Part shown: positions 7,514 through 17,110 of the stretch, one piece after another | Layout: the number at the start of each line of letters is the position of its first letter | Position numbering within the stretch: the first letter of the stretch is position 1 | DNA from: Parcubacteria group bacterium | GTDB lineage: Bacteria; Patescibacteriota; Patescibacteriia; Magasanikbacterales; GCA-002688135 | DNA length: 47,721 nt | Direction: 5' to 3' | Assembly (NCBI GenBank): GCA_002688135.1 | Contig: NZCD01000022.1 | Coordinates: 1-47,721 of the forward strand | The notes under the pieces: model-generated | Told to the model about the DNA's origin: nothing | The model's database searches: none | Seen by the model: only the letters and a program-made list of their open reading frames with translations | Made by a program: the position numbers and the translations under genes

Positions 7514-8608
7514 ATGATCCTGTTTGACGCGCGAGCATTACAAGGAGAACAACCAACTGGCGTAGGCAATTACACAAAACAAATCGCCAACGCATTAAAA
7601 AAATCTGAACTAAATCACAACATTCAATTCCTTCACACTGGAATAAAACAAACTCACGCAGAATCTGTACGCATTCCAAATAAATTACTTAATCTTGGAA
7701 TGCTTCTTGCTGATACACCCACACTAGAACAATTATCCAAATCCAAACCATCGGTAATTTTTATTCCCAATCTTAACTTTGTTGCAACAAATCCCGAAAC
7801 TCCATACATACTCACCGTTCATGATCTTTCATTTCATCATCACCCACAATGGTATTCAAAAAAAATGAGATTGTGGCACAAAGCCGTGAATCCCAAAAGA
7901 CTCATCCAAAATGCTAAACATGTTATTGCAGTATCACGCGCAACACGAAATGATTGCATCAAAACATTCAATATCCCTGAAAAAAACATCACAACAATAT
8001 ACCCGGGAATCACACAATACAAACCTTCCGCACAACAACCACTCATAAAACAACCTTACATCCTCTCGATCGGCGCGATAGAACCACGAAAAAATTTGCA
8101 AGTACTATTTCGAGCATTTATAAAACTAAAAAAGAAACATCCGTCTCTTAAACTAGTGCTTGCAGGGCCAGTTGGACACAAAGGAAGAAAAATCCTCAAT
8201 TCAATGAAACATGAGGATGTCACATATCTTGGATATGTCACACATCAAACAAAAATAAACCTTCTCACACACACAAAAATTTTCGCATATCCGTCACTCT
8301 TTGAAGGATTCGGATTCCCCGCACTAGAAGCAATGATGACAAAAACACCTGTCGTCGCCTCCTGGACAACATCTCTTAAAGAAATCCTGGGAGACAACGC
8401 CCTATTGACTCATCCTCATAATCATGATGAATTAGAACTAGCAATCGACAGCATACTGGCCGATCAATCGCTCACAAACAAATTAACAGAACAAGGATAC
8501 GCTCACGCACAAACATTCACCTGGAATCGCTGCGCCACCCAAACCGCTGAAATACTCAAAAACACAACGAACAAAACTCAATCCTCACCCCTCAATCCTC
8601 AATCCTAA
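7514..8608 (+). CDS. Glycosyltransferase, family 4 (group 1)
   Basis: PSLFEGFGFPALEAMMTKTPVVAS signature. The gap to the upstream GT is 3 nt. Confidence 0.85.
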   Translation: MILFDARALQGEQPTGVGNYTKQIANALKKSELNHNIQFLHTGIKQTHAESVRIPNKLLNLGMLLADTPTLEQLSKSKPSVIFIPNLNFVATNPETPYILTVHDLSFHHHPQWYSKKMRLWHKAVNPKRLIQNAKHVIAVSRATRNDCIKTFNIPEKNITTIYPGITQYKPSAQQPLIKQPYILSIGAIEPRKNLQVLFRAFIKLKKKHPSLKLVLAGPVGHKGRKILNSMKHEDVTYLGYVTHQTKINLLTHTKIFAYPSLFEGFGFPALEAMMTKTPVVASWTTSLKEILGDNALLTHPHNHDELELAIDSILADQSLTNKLTEQGYAHAQTFTWNRCATQTAEILKNTTNKTQSSPLNPQS

Positions 8609-8611
8609 AAT

Positions 8612-9730
8612 ATGCACATAGGAATCGACTCCCGAATGTACGGCCCAAAAAACGGCGGAATCGGCAGATACGTCGAGCAACTCATCACAAACCTACTTGA
8701 AATTGATCGTACGAACACGTACACATTTTTTGTTCAACCAAATCAAACCATTCCTCACCACTCAAAACGCATAAGATTAATTGAAACTCCAATCAGATGG
8801 TACAGCCTTGCAGAGCAAACCATATTCCTCTCACTACTCAAAAAACATCCCGTAGATCTCATGCATTTCCCACACTGGAATGTGCCACTTTTATTTAACA
8901 AACCTTTCATAGTCACAATACATGATCTCATTCTCATCCATCACCCGAACAGAAAAGCAAGCACACTACCACTTCCGCTGTACAAACTAAAGTATGCAGC
9001 ATTTAAAAAAATTCTGAATCATGCAGTTAATGCATCACAACATATTCTAACTGTTTCAAATTTCAGCAAACAAGACATTATCAAAACACTAAATATTCCA
9101 TCAAAAAAAATCACCACAACTCACCTTGGTGTCAGTCATAGCAATCAACAAACAAGCTCACAAACATCGAATGTTCCTTATATGCTTGCTGTTGGCGTAC
9201 AATATCCTCATAAAAATCTTACATTTCTGATGGATGTATTTGAATCTCTGAAACAATCACCTGAATCACACTGGAATCTCGTAATCGCAGGACCAAAAGG
9301 GCCATTCTCAAAACAAACACAACAATACGCAAATAACATCAACAAAAAAATTGAAGGATCAAAAAATGGACGTATTTTCTGCAGATTCAATCTTCCAGAT
9401 GAAAACATCGCAGACCTCTACAAAAACGCACAAATCTTCCTTTTTCCAAGCTTATACGAAGGATTCGGCTTACCCCCACTTGAAGCTATGCAGGCCAGCA
9501 CTCCTGTAATTGCAAGCAATGTCTCTTGTATGCCAGAAATACTAGGAGGCGCAGCATGCCTTGTGAATCCAACATCACAACAAGAATGGATGAATGCAAT
9601 TCATACCATTACCACCAACCCAACATACAAATATACCCTCACCTCTCGAGGTCACGAACAGCTCAAGAGATACTCCTGGATCTCCTGCGCTTCATCCACA
9701 CTTGCAGCCTACAATTCTGCGTTAAAATAA
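8612..9730 (+). CDS. Glycosyltransferase, family 4 (group 1)
   Basis: [24 protein letters not shown] signature. It is a paralogue of the preceding gene. Confidence 0.85.
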   Translation: MHIGIDSRMYGPKNGGIGRYVEQLITNLLEIDRTNTYTFFVQPNQTIPHHSKRIRLIETPIRWYSLAEQTIFLSLLKKHPVDLMHFPHWNVPLLFNKPFIVTIHDLILIHHPNRKASTLPLPLYKLKYAAFKKILNHAVNASQHILTVSNFSKQDIIKTLNIPSKKITTTHLGVSHSNQQTSSQTSNVPYMLAVGVQYPHKNLTFLMDVFESLKQSPESHWNLVIAGPKGPFSKQTQQYANNINKKIEGSKNGRIFCRFNLPDENIADLYKNAQIFLFPSLYEGFGLPPLEAMQASTPVIASNVSCMPEILGGAACLVNPTSQQEWMNAIHTITTNPTYKYTLTSRGHEQLKRYSWISCASSTLAAYNSALK

Positions 9731-9813
9731 GGTATAATGTGGGGGTAACAGAGACGTTGCGGAATGAAGCGTCAAAAAGCTTAAAGCTAACAGCTAAAGC
9801 CAAAAAGACCCCC

Positions 9814-12174
9814 ATGCCCAGGAGGAAAAAACAATTGAAGAAAATAAAAATTATTCAAGGGAAATCTCATAGACAGTCCCCTCATCTTTTGGCGTTAGAA
9901 AAAAAAGATGGCGTATTCATGTTGTCCGATGGACGTGAGCTCAAAAAATCCGATGTTGAAAAAGCAATGATGCACGATCTTGAAAATGTATCAATAGCGA
10001 CAGACCATCAATTTACAAAATTCCAACCAATTAAATCTCGAAAGATTGATCGAAATATTACCATTGATTTGGTAAACAAAAATCGTCCAATTGGAGATGA
10101 TCATGTCATCATTGACGATCACATCGAAAACGCATTTGCTCAATATCACAAACCACAAAACGTTCGATTACGAAAAAATGCAACCCGACCATCAATCACT
10201 TCAGTATCAGTACACAAGCAAAACGCTCATCACCATGTTGTACGAACAACAATTATATTTGCCTTAGCTGCTTTGCTCATCACTGCACCACTCTACACGG
10301 CCCGATTTGTCGCACACGCACAATACACTCGCGAAGCACTTAAAAACATCTCACAAAATGTTGTATCATCGCTCAAAAAAGTTGGTGGTAGTATTATCGC
10401 AGGAAACGATTCTCGAGCTGAAGCTGAATTCGATAATGTCCATGCTGAATTTGCACACGCAGTACACCTCCTCGAATCATTTGAACGTGACACATCGCTT
10501 ATTGCATCAACCATCCCACCAGTTCGAAGCAAGGTAAAAACAGCCCAAGCACTTTCCGCTGCTGGACTACACATCTCTCAAGCAATACAATCAATCAAGA
10601 CTGATCTTGCCGAAAATGCTGACACAAATGAATTTTCACAACTAGCAACAACACTGTCATCAGCACGGCAAGAACTCGAATTTGCACAACGAGAAATTAA
10701 TCGAGTAAAAATTGAAGCACTACCAGCTGATATACGCCCATTATTTACATCCCTCAAAGATGAATTTGATTCACTATTACCAGCCTTACAAGTCGGAGAA
10801 AAAACAACCGCTACCCTTGCCAGCCTATTAACCACACACCCCCGCCAAACATTCCTCGTACTCTTTCAAAACAATCATGAAATTCGCGCAACCGGAGGAT
10901 TCTGGGGAAGTTTCGCTATCGTCACAGTAAAAAACGGAAAAGTAGAGTCGTTCGACATCCCAGGAGGTGGTACATACGATTTACAAGGACAACTCGATCG
11001 TCACATCCGCCCACCAGCCCCAATGCAACTCGTACGCAAGAAATGGCAATTTCAAGATGCCAACTGGTTTCCAGATTTCCCCACATCAGCTGAAACAGCA
11101 ATCTGGTTTTTGGAACATTCAAATTACGGAACTCCAGATGGCGTGATTGCAATTACACCAAATGTTCTAGAAAAAATTATCGAATTAACCGGACCAGTTG
11201 AATTACCTGAATACGAAAAAACACTGGATGAAAATAACATCACACAGGAACTACAAATTGCAGTAGAACTCGAATATGACAAAGAAGAAAACAAGCCTAA
11301 AGCAATCGTAGGAGATCTTGCCGAAATCCTGATGGAACGAACGAAAAATTTATCAGCAGCACAAAAAGTTGGACTACTTTCAATCATTCATGATTCACTC
11401 AACACCAAAGATATTATCGCCTATCACAAAGATGAAGAACTACAACAAACATTAAAAGACGCAGGATGGGCCGGAAATGTAAATCAAGAATGGAATGATG
11501 ATTTTTTGATGGTTGTTAACCACAACATCGCTGGACAAAAAACAGACGAAAAAATCGTTCAAGACATTATCAAAAAAACCAACATTCACGAAAACGGAAC
11601 AATCACATCAACAGTCACAATACGACGTACGCACACAGGAACAAAAGGCGATTTATTTTCAGGTGTACGAAACGTAAATTATATGCGTGTACTCGTACCA
11701 GAAGGCTCTGAACTAATCCACGCAGAAGGATTCACATATCCAGAAGAATCATACTTCAAAGTTCCCGAAACATTTGAATCACACGAAACACTCGAGGCCA
11801 TCGAATCTCAAGGAACATACCACGCACCATCTGGAACTCGCATAACCACCGAATCCGGTAAAACAGCATATGGAAATTGGACAATGACAGACCCACAAGG
11901 CACCACTGTTGTAAAACTCACCTATCGTCTACCTATCGTCATACAAGAACACACACCAAACAGCATCATAGAATCCCTCGCAGACGAGTCAATCTCATAT
12001 AAACTACTTACTCAAAAACAACCAGGTGCAGATAATACCACAATGACGCACTCTATCGCCGTACCAGAAAGCTGGAGCATTATCGCCAGCACAGACACAG
12101 ACGGCGATCTCTTAGAATCCTCTCCACTTGATGGAGATTTGGTTTCTGGTATAGTGATGAAACGAAATGAATAG
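9814..12174 (+). CDS. Membrane-anchored DUF4012-family protein
   Basis: One TM segment (TTIIFALAALLITAPLY), then FLVLFQNNHEIRATGGFWGSFAIV, which I recall as typical of DUF4012. The start is set at ATG 9814 (MPRRKKQ) because the ORF-track start at 9526 overlaps the GT gene in another frame. A TATAAT lies at 9733-9738. Confidence 0.7.
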   Translation: MPRRKKQLKKIKIIQGKSHRQSPHLLALEKKDGVFMLSDGRELKKSDVEKAMMHDLENVSIATDHQFTKFQPIKSRKIDRNITIDLVNKNRPIGDDHVIIDDHIENAFAQYHKPQNVRLRKNATRPSITSVSVHKQNAHHHVVRTTIIFALAALLITAPLYTARFVAHAQYTREALKNISQNVVSSLKKVGGSIIAGNDSRAEAEFDNVHAEFAHAVHLLESFERDTSLIASTIPPVRSKVKTAQALSAAGLHISQAIQSIKTDLAENADTNEFSQLATTLSSARQELEFAQREINRVKIEALPADIRPLFTSLKDEFDSLLPALQVGEKTTATLASLLTTHPRQTFLVLFQNNHEIRATGGFWGSFAIVTVKNGKVESFDIPGGGTYDLQGQLDRHIRPPAPMQLVRKKWQFQDANWFPDFPTSAETAIWFLEHSNYGTPDGVIAITPNVLEKIIELTGPVELPEYEKTLDENNITQELQIAVELEYDKEENKPKAIVGDLAEILMERTKNLSAAQKVGLLSIIHDSLNTKDIIAYHKDEELQQTLKDAGWAGNVNQEWNDDFLMVVNHNIAGQKTDEKIVQDIIKKTNIHENGTITSTVTIRRTHTGTKGDLFSGVRNVNYMRVLVPEGSELIHAEGFTYPEESYFKVPETFESHETLEAIESQGTYHAPSGTRITTESGKTAYGNWTMTDPQGTTVVKLTYRLPIVIQEHTPNSIIESLADESISYKLLTQKQPGADNTTMTHSIAVPESWSIIASTDTDGDLLESSPLDGDLVSGIVMKRNE

Positions 12175-12213
12175 CGCATGTAGAGCTCTTGCAAACACAT
12201 CTAGAAAAGAAAC

Positions 12214-12264
12214 AAAATCGGCCTTTCCTAGCCGATTTTATCCTGCGCGAAGACGCACGAATCT
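12214..12264 (+). repeat. Composite repeat: terminator-like hairpin plus REP-like hairpin
   Basis: ATCGGC-ctttccta-GCCGAT followed by TTTTATCCTGCGCGAAGACGCACGAATCT. The same composite occurs at 27249-27298. Confidence 0.8.
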
Positions 12265-12325
12265 ACAATGCAAGTAACCCACAGATATCATAGAAACAAA
12301 AGGACGCATCACTAATCAGCGACAT

Positions 12326-14185
12326 ATGGCAAAAACACCCAGAACAACAAAAACACCATCACCGAAGAAGCGAGAACCACGCAGAAAAATAACAAGAAAA
12401 CGCAAAATTGATAACTCTTTATCATCTGTCTACGGGGAGACCCCACGCAAGAAAAAAGCCGTATCTCAACTAAGAATGGCGCGAAGCCGAAAAAAAAGCC
12501 GATCATCGTTCATTATCGTAACACTCATCATCACTGCTTTTTTTGCTGCCCTCTCATGGGTAGGTTTTTACTTCTTTTCAGGAAGCAACACATTTAATGA
12601 TCGAAACATCTCACTTTCTATAGATACACCAAAAAACATAACATCAGGCGATGAGATCAGCTTCACCATTCATTATCGAAATAATCAAAAAGTAGCTCTA
12701 AAAAATACTGATCTACGAATCAAACCACCAACAGGATTCATTCTCGAAAAAACAGAGCCAAAAGCTAACGGCACTAATGACTATCATTTTGACTTAGGTA
12801 CGCTAAAGAAAAACACAAGCGGAAAAATCATTATCAACGGAACATTCATAGGCGCCAAAGATGGAAATCACGAAATAACCGCTTTCTTTACATATCGACC
12901 AGAAAACTTCAACTCTGATTTTGAAAAAACCAAAAATGAAGTTCTCAACGTTGCAAAGTCACCACTAACATTCTCAACCCAAGGGCCAGACGACGTAGCC
13001 GCCGGCGCACAAGCCACATATAGTCTTGAATTAAAAAATGTATCAAAAAACAAAATCGAGGGAATGAAGGTTGTTGTCACAGCTCCAGATCAATTCGTAC
13101 TGTCATCAATGGATCCAGAACAAAAAAATGAATATGTTTTTCTAATCGATTCACTAGAAAAAAAAGAAACATGGAACGGTAATTTTGTCGGATCTTTTAA
13201 AAACAGCACACAAGGAGAACAAACATTTACAATAGAAAATTACATCATTCGCGATGAAAAAGAATTTCTTCAAAATGAAACCAAACACTTCACAAACGTG
13301 ACATCACCACAACTTGAAACAACACTCAAAATAAACGACTTTCAAAAGAAAGGAAGTGTTGCGCCAGGAGCTTCATTCAACGCACAGCTAGAAGTAAAAA
13401 ATAACGGAACTAGCCCAATGGAGAACGTGGAATTAGTTCTAGAAATCGAAACACCTGCAGCAGATGGAAAAGCTATTGTAGATTGGGAAGCACTAAAAAA
13501 AAATAAAAAACTAAATCTAGTAACCGAAGATGTTGCAGACAATCGCCAACGCGCAACAATCACATGGAATGGTGAAAATACAAAAGAACTAGTATCCCTA
13601 GCGCCAGACACAAAAAACGGACAAGAACTGCAAATACCCGTGTTAACACCAGAAGCCTTCGGTGGTATTCTGCCCGGCAATACAATTATAGTCCAAGCAA
13701 AAACATCAGCATCAGGCGGACCACAATCACAAACAGCCCCATTTGAAATCACATTACGATCTGACACAAACATTACAGCAAATATCACAGCTGCAGGAGA
13801 CCCTGTAGTTGGAATCGGACCAGATGGATTAACTGAAGTTAGTGTAAGACAATACGATCTTGCTATCACAATAAACAATTCTCTTCACGAAATTATCGAT
13901 CTAGAAATTCTCACATTGCTTGCAGAGGACGTAATATTTGAACAAGCAATTAATGTACCAGCCGGAGAACTCCAATTCATTCCCAATAAAAAAACTATCA
14001 GATGGACACTCAACAAACTCCCACTTTCTGTTCCTGAATTAACATATGTGGTACGCATTGACACCATCACACCGATCGGAGATGTAGAAAAAAACGAACT
14101 CATAAATAATATCCAACTCACCGCCATAGACGCAATATCCGACGTACCATTCAAAATCAAACTAGGAGCAATCAATAAGCGGTAA
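12326..14185 (+). CDS. Hypothetical membrane-anchored surface protein with repeated beta-sandwich-like segments
   Basis: A basic N-terminus, one TM segment (FIIVTLIITAFFAALSWVGFYFF), then several segments resembling CARDB/DUF11-type repeats (ISFTIHYRNN..., YSLELKNVSKN..., FNAQLEVKNNG...). Confidence 0.6.
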   Translation: MAKTPRTTKTPSPKKREPRRKITRKRKIDNSLSSVYGETPRKKKAVSQLRMARSRKKSRSSFIIVTLIITAFFAALSWVGFYFFSGSNTFNDRNISLSIDTPKNITSGDEISFTIHYRNNQKVALKNTDLRIKPPTGFILEKTEPKANGTNDYHFDLGTLKKNTSGKIIINGTFIGAKDGNHEITAFFTYRPENFNSDFEKTKNEVLNVAKSPLTFSTQGPDDVAAGAQATYSLELKNVSKNKIEGMKVVVTAPDQFVLSSMDPEQKNEYVFLIDSLEKKETWNGNFVGSFKNSTQGEQTFTIENYIIRDEKEFLQNETKHFTNVTSPQLETTLKINDFQKKGSVAPGASFNAQLEVKNNGTSPMENVELVLEIETPAADGKAIVDWEALKKNKKLNLVTEDVADNRQRATITWNGENTKELVSLAPDTKNGQELQIPVLTPEAFGGILPGNTIIVQAKTSASGGPQSQTAPFEITLRSDTNITANITAAGDPVVGIGPDGLTEVSVRQYDLAITINNSLHEIIDLEILTLLAEDVIFEQAINVPAGELQFIPNKKTIRWTLNKLPLSVPELTYVVRIDTITPIGDVEKNELINNIQLTAIDAISDVPFKIKLGAINKR

Positions 14186-14189
14186 CACC

Positions 14190-14217
14190 TGTCATCCTGA
14201 GCGAAGCCGAAGGATCT
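14190..14217 (+). repeat. REP-like hairpin repeat
   Basis: TGTCATCCTGAGCGAAGCCGAAGGATCT. Confidence 0.8.
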
Positions 14218-14249
14218 ACAACTCTAATCAACAGCATAACTACAAAATT

Positions 14250-14280
14250 AAAAAAATCTCCTCATAGGAGATTTTATTTT
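14250..14280. terminator. Bidirectional terminator between convergent genes
   Basis: AAAATCTCCT-cat-AGGAGATTTT with flanking A and T runs. Confidence 0.8.
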
Positions 14281-14635
14281 ACCGACGAACAGACTTGATA
14301 TCACGCACCTTACTTTCAGATGCAGAATCTTCAACCTCATCACCCGAGAGAGAATCATCAAATTTCTCTTCATCAGACGAATCATCTGGAGCACTGCCGT
14401 CTGGTTCCAATGAAGCAGCATAGTCTTTCACGGCCACGTACATCATCGCAGAAGAGAAAAGGGCGACAAAAATCCACACAGCATATGATCCATAAAAATT
14501 GTTCAGCCCAGCAACATCTTCTGGCAGCGTACCAACAATCATGATGGTAGTATCGTAGATCACTCGACCCACAGATACAAACCAAAATACAAAAATAAGA
14601 AAATCCACTTGATTAACTGCCTTGACTAACTTCAT
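14279..14635 (-). CDS. Hypothetical small membrane protein with acidic C-terminal tail
   Basis: Two or three hydrophobic segments followed by a D/E/S-rich tail. No family recognised. Confidence 0.5.
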   Translation of the reverse strand: MKLVKAVNQVDFLIFVFWFVSVGRVIYDTTIMIVGTLPEDVAGLNNFYGSYAVWIFVALFSSAMMYVAVKDYAASLEPDGSAPDDSSDEEKFDDSLSGDEVEDSASESKVRDIKSVRR

Positions 14636-14693
14636 TCAAACCCCTCTTTTGTTTAAGGAACACATATAACTTTACCGAGATTCTCGCTAACTG

Positions 14694-15596
14694 TCAAGAT
14701 CGAATTTTCTGTGCAAATCGATAAGAATGATACAAAGCTTTACGCAATGGAATATCATAACATCCAACATAAGAAACATCCTCACCACCAAAACCTCTTT
14801 TAAATCGAGTTAAAGCCTCCCATTTTTTTTCATCAATCCCCCACAAATCATATCGCTTCAATCCCTGCTCGCGCGCCCATTGCATCAACGCAAAATGAAT
14901 TGCATGTGGCGCCATAACATTTCTATGCTCATTTGCAGAAGCACCATGCAAATACGTCACCGTATCACCAAACACCCAATATAAATGCGTCGCAATAATC
15001 TTATCTTCAAATTTCGCCACAACTAAAAACGATGGCAACTGTTCAATCTGTTTTCGATAATATTCTTCATTATGAATCCTAAAATCATTTCGAGAACTTG
15101 TCACACCAATCAATCGAATAAAATCATCTGAAAACTTTCCTTCTCGATCAAACAAAACTTCCACCCCTCGCTTTTTCGATAATCGAATATTATATCGAGT
15201 TTTAGAATGCATCTGTGAAAGCAATTCCTCATCAGAAAACGTCACATCAATCATACGAGTTTGATGTGGCTGCACAGATTTCACGCGCTGACCAAACTGA
15301 TCCTCAACATCTCCAATTGGTTCAATACGCATAAATACAACTCCAGCAACACGAGCTTTTTCCATCAACCCATCCACCACATCTTTTGAATACGATGCAC
15401 GCGGCACATACCAATACAACAACCCAAAAGGCAGCGATTTCTCTACAACCAATACACGAACCTCACCAAACGAAAAACGCAGCACCTTCTGGCCTGCGCC
15501 TTCTAAAAAATTTGCCCACTCATCAGATTGCAAAAAAATGCCAGCTTGAGATTGCTGGTTGAGAAAAAAATTATTCCATTCATTATCACACCCCAT
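14694..15596 (-). CDS. FemAB-family peptidoglycan interpeptide-bridge aminoacyltransferase (FemX/MurM-like)
   Basis: FLQSDEWANF at the N-terminus, KTRYNIRLSKKRGV, and YLHGASANEHRNVMAPHAIHFALMQWA...TRFKRGFGG. Confidence 0.8.
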   Translation of the reverse strand: MGCDNEWNNFFLNQQSQAGIFLQSDEWANFLEGAGQKVLRFSFGEVRVLVVEKSLPFGLLYWYVPRASYSKDVVDGLMEKARVAGVVFMRIEPIGDVEDQFGQRVKSVQPHQTRMIDVTFSDEELLSQMHSKTRYNIRLSKKRGVEVLFDREGKFSDDFIRLIGVTSSRNDFRIHNEEYYRKQIEQLPSFLVVAKFEDKIIATHLYWVFGDTVTYLHGASANEHRNVMAPHAIHFALMQWAREQGLKRYDLWGIDEKKWEALTRFKRGFGGEDVSYVGCYDIPLRKALYHSYRFAQKIRS

Positions 15597-15597
15597 A

Positions 15598-16167
15598 CTA
15601 TCTTCCTGTTACCGCGGCCAAAGCATCGCGAATCAAATCTTCAACATTCTTCTCAGCATGATCCAAGTGTCGAACCACCTCCCTTGCCTGGGCTGAAGAA
15701 TAGCCCATCGAGATCAAAGCGTCAACAACATCCGAAAGCCTTTGCCCAACAGGAGAGGCTGAATTCGCATCAATACCCCCAACTTTATCACGTAACTCAA
15801 CAACAACCCGTTCAGCCGTACGCTTACCAACCCCAGAAACCGCCGTCAAATACGCAACATCACCAGCCGCAATCGCATCAGTAATTTCCTTAGCCGAACC
15901 CAAATTCAAAATATTCAAAGCCATCTTAGGCCCAACCCCAGAAATCGACAACAACAATCGAAACAGCCACAACTGATCGGTCGTCTCAAATCCATACAAA
16001 TCAAAAGCCTGCTCAACAATATGAGAATGCGTATAGAAAAAGACCTCATCATCAACAGAATAACGATGTCCTCCAATTGTACTAATCACATATCCCACAC
16101 CAGAAACATCAACCACCACTCCTGTTTCCGTACATCGAGATACCACTCCTCGTACGTGCCCTATCAT
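15598..16167 (-). CDS. ruvA: Holliday junction DNA helicase subunit RuvA
   Basis: MIGHVRGVV..., LYGF.T..QLWLFRLLLSISGVGPKMALNIL, and a C-terminal domain. The start is set at MIGHVRG rather than the longer ORF. Confidence 0.9.
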   Translation of the reverse strand: MIGHVRGVVSRCTETGVVVDVSGVGYVISTIGGHRYSVDDEVFFYTHSHIVEQAFDLYGFETTDQLWLFRLLLSISGVGPKMALNILNLGSAKEITDAIAAGDVAYLTAVSGVGKRTAERVVVELRDKVGGIDANSASPVGQRLSDVVDALISMGYSSAQAREVVRHLDHAEKNVEDLIRDALAAVTGR

Positions 16168-16169
16168 AT

Positions 16170-17099
16170 TTATGCTGCATTTTCCCATTGACGCAAACTC
16201 TGAATATCCTCTTGTGCGTCTTCTAATCGTTTTTGCGCCAATTTAATATCATTTTCTAATCGACGCCTGCGCTGCTCATCTTCTGTAGTTTCTAGCTCAT
16301 CATTCAATTCATATAAATCGATTTCAGCATTTCTTCTATCCTGTCGATACTCATACATTTGATCAGACTCTCCCTGTTTTTGCGAAATCTCCTCAAAGAC
16401 ACGCAAACTCTTTTTTTGAGCAGCCAACCCATCAATATCTCCCTCAATCTGCGCCATTAAATTTTTCACATCTTTAATACCCAAATCACTTGTTCCAGTT
16501 AACTCATCAAATCGATCAAAGTCTTCATCTGACCATCGATTAACATTTGCACCCATCTGCGCTAACTCAACTTTTGCGGCTAACATATTATTTACTTCAA
16601 CCAACTCTTCTTGTCGCGACGCAATCATAGACGTTCGTTCTGCATCACCACCAATCACTTCGCGCTGCAATTGTTTCAGACTGGCTTCTTTCCCAGCAAT
16701 CATTATTTTTGCACGATCAATCGCCGCCTGTGCCTTTTCTCCAAAACCGGATTTCCCCAACAAACCCTCATGCGCAACTATTGTCTTTTGTAATGAAGAA
16801 ATATCTGCTTCCAAATCAGCCACATGATTTTCTTCAGTTGAAGGCACCACATCAATTTTCCCTGATGGCTCACCAAGAGGATCAGAAGATTCATCCTCAA
16901 ATGATGCATCCGGAGCAGAATCCATCAAACCACCAATCCGTGCAATAAGCGCATCTGCATCAAGCCATTCTTCGGATCCACGCTCTGAATTCATCTTAGT
17001 GTCTATAGCAGCATCTTCTGCTTCTTCAAGCTGCTGTTTATTCATTGACTCCAACGGCGCTTCCTGGTCAGCGGATGGCGTTGTTTCAAATTTTGGCAT
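16170..17099 (-). CDS. Hypothetical acidic coiled-coil protein
   Basis: An E/D/Q-rich heptad-like sequence. The start is set at MPKFETT (17099) because the longer ORF overlaps the end of pepA. Confidence 0.55.
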   Translation of the reverse strand: MPKFETTPSADQEAPLESMNKQQLEEAEDAAIDTKMNSERGSEEWLDADALIARIGGLMDSAPDASFEDESSDPLGEPSGKIDVVPSTEENHVADLEADISSLQKTIVAHEGLLGKSGFGEKAQAAIDRAKIMIAGKEASLKQLQREVIGGDAERTSMIASRQEELVEVNNMLAAKVELAQMGANVNRWSDEDFDRFDELTGTSDLGIKDVKNLMAQIEGDIDGLAAQKKSLRVFEEISQKQGESDQMYEYRQDRRNAEIDLYELNDELETTEDEQRRRRLENDIKLAQKRLEDAQEDIQSLRQWENAA

Positions 17100-17110
17100 A
17101 TACAAATCTA

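Noticed and set aside
9526-9813. Long N-terminal extension of the DUF4012 ORF
   Set aside because: It overlaps the last 205 nt of the third GT4 gene in another frame and then crosses the intergenic promoter and word-repeat region. The ATG at 9814 is a better start.
13342-13878. Long antisense ORFs inside confident genes (also 23164-23799, 28074-28598, 33194-33775, 35526-35990, 22360-22800, 10293-10835)
   Set aside because: Each lies wholly inside a well-supported gene on the opposite strand, lacks an SD and has a low-complexity or odd composition. These are typical shadow ORFs.
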